From a virus, in the IMG/VR virus record IMGVR_UViG_3300005466_000025, positions 38,757 to 102,756 of that record: a stretch of 64,000 bases of DNA; one strand, 5' to 3'. The translations under genes were made by a program, and so were the position numbers. The notes under the pieces are model-generated. The model was not told the DNA's origin and made no database searches. It saw only the letters and a list, made by a program, of their open reading frames with translations. Shown here in pieces: positions 47,582 through 56,904 of this stretch (position 1 is the first letter of the stretch; every line of letters begins with the position of its first letter).

Positions 47582-50500
47582 TGGGTCTAGTCCATCTTCA
47601 TCGTCATGGGGACTTTAGTCTCCTAGATGGAATTGGGCGAGATGAAGTCTATGCGGAGCGGGCGGCTGAGCTAGGACAGTCAGCCCTCGCTCTGACAGAC
47701 CACGGTAATCTTGCTGGTTCCCTATATCATGCTGAGGCGTGTCATAAGGTGGGCATTAAGCCTATCGTTGGCATGGAGGCATATTTCCGGCCCGATATTG
47801 AAAAGGATCGGGAGGAGAAAAATACATATGGATATTTCCATCTTGTTCTCCTAGCCAAGAATGCCCAGGGGTTCAAGAACCTCCTGCGTCTAACCAACGC
47901 ATCATATACGGACAAGTATTGGTACATGAAGCCCAACATTGATTGGGCGCTTTTGCGTGAACACAGTGAGGGCCTAATTGCCTCATCCTCCTGTGTCAGT
48001 GGTTATTTGCCCACCCTCCTGATTCAGGAGGATATTAAGGGGGCTGAGAGGGCGCTCAGAGTGTTCCAGGATATCTTTGGGGACGACTTCTATCTTGAAA
48101 CACAGCCGCATGACTTCCTTGAGCAAAGATTGGTCAATCAGGAGCTATTGAAGCTAGCCTCAAAGAATGGGGTGCCTGTTGTGGCTACCGTTGACGCCCA
48201 TTATCCGTTCAAGGGATGGGAGGACACCCAAGATATCTCCCTGATGATTTCAACCAACTCATCCTACAAGAAGCGCAAGGAGGATGAGGAGGCGGGTAAA
48301 AACTATATGCAATTTAGCGGCAACACCTTCTGGCTCATGTCGGAAGATGAACTTGTTGAATCATTTGCCGCATATCACCCAACCCTACCTGAAAGTACAG
48401 TGAGGGAGATGATATCTACCAGCGAATATTTCGCAGAAAGATGCGAGGACTTTAATTATGACAAATCACCCAAAATCCCCAAAGCAACAACCGGAGATGG
48501 GGAAGCTGAACTTATCCTCCGCGAGTGGTGCGATGAAGGACTTGAACGAATCAATAGAGTTGGCGATCCTAAATACATTGAAAGAATGGAGCGAGAATTA
48601 CGGGTTATCGCCGGACTTAAAGTTTCGGATTACTTCGTTATCGTTGGAGACATGGTGCGGTGGGCCAAACAGCAAGGGATTCGTGTTGGTGCAGGAAGGG
48701 GTTCGGCCGCTGGATCATTGGTCAATTACTTGGTCGGAATCACAGCCATTGACCCAATTGGATATGACCTTCTCTTCGAGAGATTTCTAAATGAGTACAG
48801 AACGGAACTCCCTGATATTGACATTGACTTTCAGGATGATAGGCGGGACGAAGTTAAGGATTACCTCAAAAGTAAGTGGGGGGACGAATATGTGGTGGAT
48901 ATTGGGGCGTATCAGTCCTTTGGTCACAAGGGAGTTATCCAGGACGTAGGTCGGGTAATGAACCTACCCTATATTGAGATTAAAAGGGCCACAGATGACA
49001 TTCCACAGGCATCAAAGCTGTTTGGAATGGACCTTAGGGACGTTGCCAACAATATTCCCTCGGTAGGCAAGCTATTCCAGAAATATCCGGACCTAGAGAG
49101 ACATTGTATGCGTCTATTTGGTCAGATGAAGGGTCAATCTAAGCACGCAGCAGCCGTGATTGTAACCGACCGTCCTGCTTCTGAGATTATCCCTATGATG
49201 CGCTCAAAGGAAGAGGGAATGGTGACCCAGTGGAGTGAAAGAGGAAATGCACAGCTAATTTCCCCCTATGGGTTCCTAAAGATCGACTGTTTAGCCCTTG
49301 ACGAGCTAACTGTGCAGGATGCGACAACAAAACTGGTCAAGGAGCGCCATGGGGTGGACATTGACTTTGAGGATATCAAACAATTCCCTGTAATTGAGTC
49401 CCCATACAACGTGGAGGAGGATATTATTGAATCCTTCTATGATGGGGCTAATATCGGGGTCTTCCAGTTTGAATCCAAGGGAATCGTTGGTCTTTTGAAG
49501 AATATTCAGCCTAAAAACCTGGAACATGTCATTGCGGCCAACGCCCTCTATCGTCCGGGCACCCTGGACAACAATGTTGCCTTCGATTATGCCAATAGGA
49601 AGAATAATAGGCATAATTGGAAACTTCCACACCAATCAGTGGACAAATTCATTGGATACACCTATGGATTCATGATTTTCCAGGAACAGGTCATGCAGAT
49701 TTACTCAACTTTGGCCCAGGACGCCACTGATGCCGAGGCTGCACTGTTTTTGAAGGTGGTTGCCAAGGGTATTGCCCGTGATCTTGAAGGAAAGGCAAAA
49801 CTAGAGGCATATTACGATAAATTCGCCGCAGGATGCGCTGAAAAGGGCATTAGCAAGGGCGCATATGACCTTCTATGGAGCCAAATCCTGCAAATGAGTA
49901 CATATTCATTCAACAAGGCCCACTCAAGCGGTTATTCCGTTGGTGCCTACCAGGATAAGTGGCTCAAGAACAGATATACCATTGAATTCTACACAAGTCT
50001 ACTATCGAAGAAGTCTGAGAAGATTCCGGAGATAATTAGGGAGTCAAGATATTATGGAATTAATATTCTTCCACCGGATATCAACATATCTTCGGAGGAA
50101 TTCACAATCGACGGCAACTCAATCAGATTTGGTCTTTTGGGCATCAAATACGTTGGCCCATCGACAATTGCTGCTATTAAGGCAGCACGCCCGTTCGAAA
50201 CATTTGAGGAACTGATCGAAAAGGTGCCGCGAAGACAGCTAAATCTACGCACAAGAAAGCACCTTTTGATGGCAGGGGCCTTTGACTGTTGGGGAGGCAG
50301 AACACAGTGGATTTTGGATGAGGATGGAGACAGAATCTCCGAGCCTGTTGATCTTGCCGTAATGACGGAATGGGAGAAGGAAACAATGGGCTTCGCCATC
50401 TCCAAGGGGGACGATCTGAACCTCTATCGGGAGCTTATTGAGAGCAGAATCACACTGGATGAGGACTTTGAGGACGATGAGGAGGTTCTTGTCGCCGGGG

Positions 50501-50748
50501 AAATCATTCACATCAAGGAACACAAGACCAGAAGCGGGGACAAGATGGCATTTGTCACCCTGGACTATTTCAACAAGGAATATAGGCTCACTGTGTTCCC
50601 TGAAGTCTATAGTAAGTCACAACATCTACTCGTTCAAGGAAAAGTGCTAATGGCTATTGGCGATTGGGACGAGGAACGCAATACAATTACTGTTGAACAT
50701 TTATGCACGGCGGAACAGCTAGCACTTGAACTAGCAGGAAGAAGGTAA
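47581..50748 (+). CDS. dnaE: DNA polymerase III alpha subunit
   Basis: PHP HLH..FSLLDG, TDHG; GRGSAAGSL; PDIDIDF; FNKAHS; OB fold. Confidence 0.95.
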   Translation: MGLVHLHRHGDFSLLDGIGRDEVYAERAAELGQSALALTDHGNLAGSLYHAEACHKVGIKPIVGMEAYFRPDIEKDREEKNTYGYFHLVLLAKNAQGFKNLLRLTNASYTDKYWYMKPNIDWALLREHSEGLIASSSCVSGYLPTLLIQEDIKGAERALRVFQDIFGDDFYLETQPHDFLEQRLVNQELLKLASKNGVPVVATVDAHYPFKGWEDTQDISLMISTNSSYKKRKEDEEAGKNYMQFSGNTFWLMSEDELVESFAAYHPTLPESTVREMISTSEYFAERCEDFNYDKSPKIPKATTGDGEAELILREWCDEGLERINRVGDPKYIERMERELRVIAGLKVSDYFVIVGDMVRWAKQQGIRVGAGRGSAAGSLVNYLVGITAIDPIGYDLLFERFLNEYRTELPDIDIDFQDDRRDEVKDYLKSKWGDEYVVDIGAYQSFGHKGVIQDVGRVMNLPYIEIKRATDDIPQASKLFGMDLRDVANNIPSVGKLFQKYPDLERHCMRLFGQMKGQSKHAAAVIVTDRPASEIIPMMRSKEEGMVTQWSERGNAQLISPYGFLKIDCLALDELTVQDATTKLVKERHGVDIDFEDIKQFPVIESPYNVEEDIIESFYDGANIGVFQFESKGIVGLLKNIQPKNLEHVIAANALYRPGTLDNNVAFDYANRKNNRHNWKLPHQSVDKFIGYTYGFMIFQEQVMQIYSTLAQDATDAEAALFLKVVAKGIARDLEGKAKLEAYYDKFAAGCAEKGISKGAYDLLWSQILQMSTYSFNKAHSSGYSVGAYQDKWLKNRYTIEFYTSLLSKKSEKIPEIIRESRYYGINILPPDINISSEEFTIDGNSIRFGLLGIKYVGPSTIAAIKAARPFETFEELIEKVPRRQLNLRTRKHLLMAGAFDCWGGRTQWILDEDGDRISEPVDLAVMTEWEKETMGFAISKGDDLNLYRELIESRITLDEDFEDDEEVLVAGEIIHIKEHKTRSGDKMAFVTLDYFNKEYRLTVFPEVYSKSQHLLVQGKVLMAIGDWDEERNTITVEHLCTAEQLALELAGRR

Positions 50749-50750
50749 TT

Positions 50751-51767
50751 ATGCCAGTAGACGCAACAAGCCTCCAAAAGGCACTTGACTCCATCTCAAA
50801 GACCTACGGGAGTGACACAGTGAGAATGGGGGATGAAGACGAGGAGGTAATTAGGGTTCCCACAGGGATTATCCAGTTGGATAGTCTCATTGGTGGCGGA
50901 TTCCCGCTTGGAAGATGGGTTCATCCCTATGGAGGGTATGGATCAGGTAAAAGTTTGACCAGTTTTCACCTAATCAGGGGCGCTCAGGAGATGGGTTTGA
51001 CCTGTGCCTACTATGACCTTGAAAAGCAGTACAACAAGAAGTGGGTTGAGTCAATTGGTGTTGACACAAGCAAGCTTCTTGTCGTTGAAGGCAATGAAAT
51101 TGAGCCTCTGGGTGAAAAAATGGACGTATTGTTGGGTGCCATCAATATTCACGTTGTGGACTCCGTTGGAATTGGTGTTTCAGTCCACAGACAGGCCGCA
51201 AGACTTGACGAATCCCGTCCTGCCTCCTCAGCAAGGGCATGGGGAGAGCTAATTCCTCGTCTTCAGTCCAGATTTGATCGTAAAAATAACATGATTGTTA
51301 TGATTAACCACGCCAGAGAGGTATTTGGCAAGCCAGGACAGGAAAAGCCTGTTGGAGGAAGCGCAATTGAGTTTGCCTCATCCCTCAGCCTTCATTTCAC
51401 TAAGTCAAGCTGGCTATATAGGGATAAAAATGGCAATTTGTCCGAGGAAGGACGCAAAATTGATGAGAGAACAGGCAGAACCAAGCCGGATGGCATTGAT
51501 TTGGTTGTCTCCGTCAAAAAGTCTCGCGTCAGTGACCCCTATGGTTCTGCTAGAATGCGTTTTGAGTTTGGTTCAGGTGGTCACTTCGATGAAACCTGGG
51601 CATTGAGCCGACAGGCCATTTTTGGCGGTCTAATTGCCAAGGCTGGAAGCTGGTACACCCTTCCTGATGGGGAAAGAGTGCAGGGGGAGAGCAAGGTTCG
51701 TCTCTATATTGAACAAAATCCTACTTTTGCAGAAAAACTAAGGGAGATGTTTTATGACAGCGAATAG
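50751..51767 (+). CDS. recA: RecA/UvsX-like recombinase
   Basis: GGFPLGR, GGYGSGKS, VVDSV, GG.A, GSWY. Confidence 0.9.
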   Translation: MPVDATSLQKALDSISKTYGSDTVRMGDEDEEVIRVPTGIIQLDSLIGGGFPLGRWVHPYGGYGSGKSLTSFHLIRGAQEMGLTCAYYDLEKQYNKKWVESIGVDTSKLLVVEGNEIEPLGEKMDVLLGAINIHVVDSVGIGVSVHRQAARLDESRPASSARAWGELIPRLQSRFDRKNNMIVMINHAREVFGKPGQEKPVGGSAIEFASSLSLHFTKSSWLYRDKNGNLSEEGRKIDERTGRTKPDGIDLVVSVKKSRVSDPYGSARMRFEFGSGGHFDETWALSRQAIFGGLIAKAGSWYTLPDGERVQGESKVRLYIEQNPTFAEKLREMFYDSE

Positions 51768-52005
51768 CGTCAAGTATGAACTTAATTTTTATCGACACAA
51801 GAAACTCTATTCCGAGGAATTTGAGGATATTAAGGACCTTTTCCAGTATGTGGAGGAGATGGAGAACGGTGCCGAGGGTGGATTTGCTGATGCAATCTAT
51901 CTAGGCCCTAAACTTCTATATCTAAGGGAGCTAAACCACGAAGCCGGACTGGCATATTGGATCAAAGAGGAAACGCAGGATCGATTTGTCGAATATAGGA
52001 GATAA
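51754..52005 (+). CDS. hypothetical protein
   Basis: overlapping run, RBS. Confidence 0.5.
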   Translation: MTANSVKYELNFYRHKKLYSEEFEDIKDLFQYVEEMENGAEGGFADAIYLGPKLLYLRELNHEAGLAYWIKEETQDRFVEYRR

Positions 52006-52381
52006 ATTTGAGTCTGATCTATCAGATGAGTTCGGGTTATCTCGTTCACCTGGAAGTGGGAACAGGGCCGCATCGAAACTCGACCTATTTGGACTGGGTT
52101 TTCGATGGAGTCTCAAGGCCACGTCGAAGAAAAGTGCGTCCATTAAACTATCAGATGTGCGAGAGGCAATTCAGGCATCTTATGGACTTAATGGAACAGG
52201 GGAAACTCCCCTGTGGGCGTTTCGAATTCAAGATCAGGACATGATAATGATGGATAAGGACACCTTTAAGGCGCTTTGTGCCGGAGAAATACGTCCTATT
52301 AGAGAAGAAAAGGGTAAGGAAAAGGTGAACGATATGCGTCGAAGGGCGTCTGTCCCAACCTTGCTGTGGGATGGCGACTAG
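51986..52381 (+). CDS. Holliday-junction-resolvase-like PD-(D/E)xK nuclease
   Basis: GDKFE..PGSGN..KLD...SLK. Confidence 0.6.
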   Translation: MSNIGDKFESDLSDEFGLSRSPGSGNRAASKLDLFGLGFRWSLKATSKKSASIKLSDVREAIQASYGLNGTGETPLWAFRIQDQDMIMMDKDTFKALCAGEIRPIREEKGKEKVNDMRRRASVPTLLWDGD

Positions 52382-53336
52382 AACGCAGTTTTTCAAGCAC
52401 TTTGGTATTATTGGACAGGCACCAGACCTAGATGAGATAACAAAGGAGGCCTATGAGTCCCTTGAAGATAAAATTTGGAAAAATAATCTTAATTCTTCTC
52501 CTCACGGACGCCCTTGGTTTACTAGTTTTCACGCTTCTGCTTTCCCAGACCGTGATAAGCCCTGTGGTCGTCTTGCCCTTTATACTATGCTTGATATTCC
52601 TAGACCTACTCCTTCGCCGCCGTTTCTCGTTGCGACAGGGGACATTGGTAAGGCGGTCGAATATCAAATCGTCTACAGGTGGGGACTAGAAGGATTGACA
52701 ATTGGCGGTTCCGTTCCACTGTGGGATGGGGCGCATATGTCACAGGTAAAGTTTGAGGATGATTCAACATGGCTCACTGGTTCCTCTGATGCAATTCTTG
52801 ATCTTAGAAGCAGGGGCGTAAAGCATGTTGTACCTGTTGATGTTAAAAGTAAGAAGCATGATGTTGTCCAGGAAATGCAATTAGGGAGAAGAAGTTATGA
52901 AGAGCGACACTACCTGCAACTCCAAGCCTATCTGTATCTCTGCAACCTATTCCATGAAGATATGGGATGGGGAGAAATGGGACTTGAGCCAGCTAGAGGC
53001 GGATATATCTATTACGCTTCCCGCCAGGACCCCCGCACAGCACATTCCTTCTATATTGAAATCGATTGGGAACTCATTGAGCGAGGGAAGGAGCTACTCT
53101 CCGAGTGGAGAACCTATCTCCTTGAGGATATCCTACCAGCCCGACCCAAAGAGTGGAGATGGACAGAGGAACCCTGCAAATGGTGCCCAATGAAGAAGTA
53201 TGCCTGCAAGCCTGACAACAAGGACAAGATTGAAAACTTGAGGGACAGTCATGCGGTTAAATTTGCATCGGAACTTAGAACAAACTATGACTATGATGAA
53301 ATCAAGGAGGAGGTAATTAGAAGATGGGACAGATAG
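52371..53336 (+). CDS. Cas4-like/PD-(D/E)xK exonuclease
   Basis: FHAS..C.R, GSSD, DVKS, HYLQLQAY, CKWC...C. Confidence 0.8.
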   Translation: MATRTQFFKHFGIIGQAPDLDEITKEAYESLEDKIWKNNLNSSPHGRPWFTSFHASAFPDRDKPCGRLALYTMLDIPRPTPSPPFLVATGDIGKAVEYQIVYRWGLEGLTIGGSVPLWDGAHMSQVKFEDDSTWLTGSSDAILDLRSRGVKHVVPVDVKSKKHDVVQEMQLGRRSYEERHYLQLQAYLYLCNLFHEDMGWGEMGLEPARGGYIYYASRQDPRTAHSFYIEIDWELIERGKELLSEWRTYLLEDILPARPKEWRWTEEPCKWCPMKKYACKPDNKDKIENLRDSHAVKFASELRTNYDYDEIKEEVIRRWDR

Positions 53337-53992
53337 AACTTGCGATTCTAAAGGCGGCGCAGGCGGGTGGATATCTAGAGAAGCTCCCTGAGGACCCTGA
53401 GGATATTATCAAGGAGGCAAATTTCTATCTTTCTGAGGCCACCAAAGCCTATGAGGAAGATGGAATGAAGGGGGACAAGGCAATCAAGGAAATCATCAAC
53501 CTTGGAAAGAAGCTTGGTGCCCAGACAGATGAGGAAATCTTTGGTTCAGACAAGCCGGAACTTTTCCGTGGACTTCCTGTACCAGAGAATCCCCGCCATG
53601 AACCAACACCGCTTCCGGTTGACTTCACTGAACTATCCCCGAAGGAAATCAGAAGACTACATGCGGAGTACAACGCCTATGCAGCTAGGGCCAGATGGAT
53701 GCTGGCTGTAACAACAAACAAGCTGGCTGGCATTACACATCTTAGGGACGCCGAATATCGAAAGGCCTACAAGCAGATTCATGAGGAGAACGTTGAAAAG
53801 AAACTCACTCAGCCGCTTCTAGAGGCTGCCGCAAAGCAGACTGAGGCCTATGTAAGTATGGATAACAAGGCTTCCATGTATCAGAACGATGTTAGTTCTT
53901 ATAAGGCTTTGGCCGAAATCTATGTCGGTAATGTTGAGCGCCTGTCAAGGGAGTGGACAATGAGGCAGGATGAAGACAAGCAGCGATACTAG
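53324..53992 (+). CDS. coiled-coil protein, possible recombination mediator (UvsY-like)
   Basis: helical; C-terminal LSREWTMR; position next to RecA/exonuclease. Confidence 0.5.
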   Translation: MGQIELAILKAAQAGGYLEKLPEDPEDIIKEANFYLSEATKAYEEDGMKGDKAIKEIINLGKKLGAQTDEEIFGSDKPELFRGLPVPENPRHEPTPLPVDFTELSPKEIRRLHAEYNAYAARARWMLAVTTNKLAGITHLRDAEYRKAYKQIHEENVEKKLTQPLLEAAAKQTEAYVSMDNKASMYQNDVSSYKALAEIYVGNVERLSREWTMRQDEDKQRY

Positions 53993-54245
53993 AAGTTGCG
54001 CAAAATGTAATAAAACTGTAACACTTGGCAAACCTGATCCATGTTTAGGGTATCTTCCCGATGTGGCCCACGCATGTTGCGGTCATGGTAAGGATTCAAC
54101 CGCCTTCGTAAATGGATTCGATGGGTGCAAACCCGATGAGTGTATAACCACCTACGGAGGAGAGAAGATAAAATACAAAGAAGGATATTGGATATATCGG
54201 GGACAAGAAGCCATTGAACATATGGAGAAACTCAAAAATATCTGA
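53970..54245 (+). CDS. Cys-rich hypothetical protein
   Basis: CAKC, DPCLGYLP..ACCGHG. Confidence 0.6.
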   Translation: MKTSSDTRSCAKCNKTVTLGKPDPCLGYLPDVAHACCGHGKDSTAFVNGFDGCKPDECITTYGGEKIKYKEGYWIYRGQEAIEHMEKLKNI

Positions 54246-54257
54246 TATCCTTAACGC

Positions 54258-54545
54258 ATGGCGGAACCAAAACGACGACGCAGAAGATACCCAAAGAAAC
54301 ACAAGGACTATCTAAACACACAAAGGCACAGATATAATGAGTTGTTAAAGGCTCAGAATGGGAAGTGTGCCCTGTGTAATCGTCGTCCTACTGAACACCG
54401 AAAGTTGGACATGGATCATAATCACCAAACCATGCAGCTAAGGGGTTTATTGTGCGTGCCTTGTAATAGAGCGGTCCGGGACTGGATGACAGTCGAGTGG
54501 GCCTTAAGGCTTGCGGATTACCTGGACCCAAAACGAAAGGTATAA
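54258..54545 (+). CDS. endonuclease VII-like protein, leaderless
   Basis: QNGKCALC, DHNH, RGLLCVPCN. Confidence 0.85.
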   Translation: MAEPKRRRRRYPKKHKDYLNTQRHRYNELLKAQNGKCALCNRRPTEHRKLDMDHNHQTMQLRGLLCVPCNRAVRDWMTVEWALRLADYLDPKRKV

Positions 54546-54866
54546 GTGACTAGAAAATTTGCACATCCTGCTGAAGAACAGTTTGCAAAGATTCTAAACT
54601 TTTATGGTATTGATTGGCATTATGAACCGACAATGTTTGTACTCAGAACAGATGATGAAGGGATAACTAGAAAGGGATTCACTCCGGACTTTTATATCCC
54701 TGAGTATGATATCTATGTGGAGATTACTGTCATGGGAAAGCCACAGAAGAAGAGAAGAAAGATCAGTGAAACTATGGAGCTTTATCCAGAGCTTAATATT
54801 ATCTTAATGAATCGCACGGATATGGAGGAACTGGTCGAGAAATATAGTTTCCTGTTTGTAAATTAG
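54546..54866 (+). CDS. PD-(D/E)xK nuclease-like protein
   Basis: E..FA, W.YEP, FTPDFYIP..YVEI. Confidence 0.7.
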   Translation: MTRKFAHPAEEQFAKILNFYGIDWHYEPTMFVLRTDDEGITRKGFTPDFYIPEYDIYVEITVMGKPQKKRRKISETMELYPELNIILMNRTDMEELVEKYSFLFVN

Positions 54867-54924
54867 TTGTTTGGGGCTGGCGGGACTATGGTTTTTATGC
54901 TATAGTCCTGTCAGTAGCAAATTT

Positions 54925-55006
54925 GGAACCTCGCATTGGCGTGCTTATGCGGTTTGAACCCGTTGATGGTCGAGAGACCGTGGGAGTTCGACTCTCTCAG
55001 GTTCCG
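54925..55006 (+). tRNA. tRNA-Ser(UGA)
   Basis: GGAACCT/AGGTTCC acceptor, TGA anticodon, long variable arm. Confidence 0.8.
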
Positions 55007-55018
55007 TAGAAATAACAT

Positions 55019-55100
55019 GCGCGAGTGGTGGAACGGTATACACACTAGGCTTAGAACCTAGCGCCCTCCGGGATTGTGGGTTCGACTCCCACCTTGCGTA
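55019..55100 (+). tRNA. tRNA-Leu(UAG)
   Basis: cloverleaf, CTAGG-CTTAGAA-CCTAG. Confidence 0.9.
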
Positions 55101-55105
55101 CTTAT

Positions 55106-55179
55106 GCCCCTCTAACCCAATTGGTAGAGGTATCCGGTTTAAGCCCGGTCAAGTGAGAGTTCGAATCTCTCGGGGGGTA
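55106..55179 (+). tRNA. tRNA-Leu(UAA), short variable arm
   Basis: cloverleaf, 74 nt. Confidence 0.9.
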
Positions 55180-55184
55180 CTAAT

Positions 55185-55268
55185 GTCGATCTGGTGAAAT
55201 AGGTAGACACGCTAGCTTGAGGGGCTAGTTCCAGAAATGGAGTGCGGGTTCGACTCCCGCGTTCGACA
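55185..55268 (+). tRNA. tRNA-Leu(GAG)
   Basis: CTAGC-TTGAGGG-GCTAG, long variable arm. Confidence 0.9.
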
Positions 55269-55375
55269 CTATGAAATTAATGACGTTACAGCAAGCACAA
55301 GCTATGAAAATTGCAGAATTTAATTCCCTTTTTAAGGACGTAATTTTCACAGCAAAACGCGGCGGAATTAAATTT

Positions 55376-55453
55376 GCATCTTAGCCCAAGGTGGGCACGG
55401 TGGCTGTAACCCACCCGTCTAAGACATGGTAGGTTCGATTCCTACAGGATGCA
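55376..55453 (+). tRNA. tRNA-Tyr(GUA)
   Basis: GGTGG-CTGTAAC-CCACC. Confidence 0.85.
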
Positions 55454-55461
55454 CTTAAATT

Positions 55462-55857
55462 ATGAAGAATAACATCATCATCCTCACGCTTGTTGGAATA
55501 ATTGGATTGATGGCTGTTATCACAGTTTATTCCCTGACAAGTAAGACGGAAAAGGCACCAAAGGTTGCCAGGATAACAACATCATCAACCACAAGGGAAA
55601 TTAATAAGTTCTTTAGCAATGCGAGTGTTGAAGTTGTATCTAATCAAGTTGTTTGGAGTCTTAACAAGACTGATCTATTGGAGGAGACGGCATATGCGGC
55701 GGCTCGGGCGGATACTAAGGTGGAGAAGATTGGCTTTAGGAAATACTTTTTGTCCCAAGGCGGTGTAATCTATAGACAAGTGTGCTATAATCTACATGCG
55801 TTTGATGAGGCATGGTCGCTAGGATATTGTGTACATAGGAATATAGAGAAGGGTTAG
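55462..55857 (+). CDS. membrane-anchored hypothetical protein
   Basis: N-terminal TM. Confidence 0.6.
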   Translation: MKNNIIILTLVGIIGLMAVITVYSLTSKTEKAPKVARITTSSTTREINKFFSNASVEVVSNQVVWSLNKTDLLEETAYAAARADTKVEKIGFRKYFLSQGGVIYRQVCYNLHAFDEAWSLGYCVHRNIEKG

Positions 55858-55859
55858 AA

Positions 55860-55922
55860 ATGGAATTCGGTCTGTTGGGTCTTATATTACTTATCATCAT
55901 TATCGTTTTAATTGTAAGATAA
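55860..55922 (+). CDS. 20-aa hydrophobic peptide MEFGLLGLILLIIIIVLIVR
   Basis: GAAGGG RBS, single TM. Confidence 0.4.
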   Translation: MEFGLLGLILLIIIIVLIVR

Positions 55923-55925
55923 CAC

Positions 55926-56013
55926 GGAATGGCAAGCCGATGGTTGGCGACGGCACTCCCCTGCTAAGGGAGCGAGCTTAAAAGCCTTGTGGGATCGTTC
56001 CCCACCCTTTCCG
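55926..56013 (+). tRNA. tRNA-Ser(GCU)
   Basis: CTCCC-CTGCTAA-GGGAG, long arm, atypical T-loop. Confidence 0.85.
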
Positions 56014-56016
56014 CTC

Positions 56017-56367
56017 ATGAGAAGAATATTAGATAATATAGCCATCATATTCTTGGTGATTGTTGTCACAGGTGGCTTTATCTATTCCTTATATCAGGGT
56101 TTCTTTGAGGATACAGGGGCGAGGGCCAGATTGGCTATCTCAAATAATATCAAATCCTGTCAGGATAACATAGCCAAGGCCGTTGTGTTTGAGCAGTTCG
56201 CTAGGGAGGCCGCAGCCGCCAGACGTGCCCAGGCTGCCGCTGATTTTAAAGCGGGAGATGAAATCTCAGCCAAGAATAATCTTGCCACGGCGGAACGCTA
56301 TGAGTCCTTCGCTCATCAATGGGATGTATTGACAGTTAAGGACTGTCGTAAGGAATACGGAGGCTAG
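56017..56367 (+). CDS. membrane-anchored hypothetical protein
   Basis: ATG just after the tRNA; TM + two Cys like the 24832/25166 proteins. Confidence 0.6.
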   Translation: MRRILDNIAIIFLVIVVTGGFIYSLYQGFFEDTGARARLAISNNIKSCQDNIAKAVVFEQFAREAAAARRAQAAADFKAGDEISAKNNLATAERYESFAHQWDVLTVKDCRKEYGG

Positions 56368-56411
56368 TAAGGATTTTGTAAGGCCCTCTTTTTTTGTGCT
56401 ATACTCCTATC

Positions 56412-56822
56412 ATGATACGACTGAGAAGCGAGAAGGGACAGGGCGATGTTGGTTTCGTCCTCGCAATCGGATTCGTTGCAGTCATTGTTCTTGTAGGTTT
56501 TGTTACCCTTCTATTTGGAGCTAAGGCTTATTCCAGATATCAGAAGAGGGCTGACGCCGAAAACCAAGTTAAGGTGACGGCAATTCAGATCAGGAACCAG
56601 GAACAGCGAGTCAAGATTGCACAGCAGAAGGCGCAGATTAGATATCAGGAGGCAATTGGTATTCGTCGCGCCCAGGATGAAATTGCAAAGACCCTGAATA
56701 GAAACTATCTTACACACGAATATATTCAGGCTCTTAGGGAATCACATGCAACAACTGTTTATATCCCGACTAGCCCGACAGATGGACTTCCCGTTGTAAC
56801 AACAAGAAACGCAGGAGACTAA
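56412..56822 (+). CDS. membrane protein, SPFH/band-7 C-terminal-like, leaderless
   Basis: TM, EAIGIRRAQ..I..TL...YL, VYIPT..GLPV. Confidence 0.65.
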   Translation: MIRLRSEKGQGDVGFVLAIGFVAVIVLVGFVTLLFGAKAYSRYQKRADAENQVKVTAIQIRNQEQRVKIAQQKAQIRYQEAIGIRRAQDEIAKTLNRNYLTHEYIQALRESHATTVYIPTSPTDGLPVVTTRNAGD

Positions 56823-56827
56823 ACAGC

Positions 56828-56850
56828 AAGGCCCCCTTCCGGGGGCCTTA
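56828..56850 (+). terminator. GC hairpin terminator
   Basis: AAGGCCCCC-TTCC-GGGGGCCTT. Confidence 0.6.
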
Positions 56851-56904
56851 ACTGTCGCGGGATGAGCTACCAAAAGCATTATACCAATATGGTATAATGA
56901 TTAT

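Noticed and set aside
36445-50748. Inteins or introns in terminase, helicase, RNR or DnaE
   Set aside because: Lengths are normal, catalytic motifs are contiguous and no intein C1...HN pattern was seen.
52371-53336. Cas4-like nuclease as evidence of a CRISPR system
   Set aside because: No array, cas1 or cas2; it sits in a RecA/resolvase recombination module, as is usual in phages.
54925-55006. TGA in the anticodon loop read as a selenocysteine or suppressor tRNA
   Set aside because: Anticodon UGA decodes Ser UCA; Sec or opal suppressors need UCA. No CUA/UUA/UCA anticodons were found.
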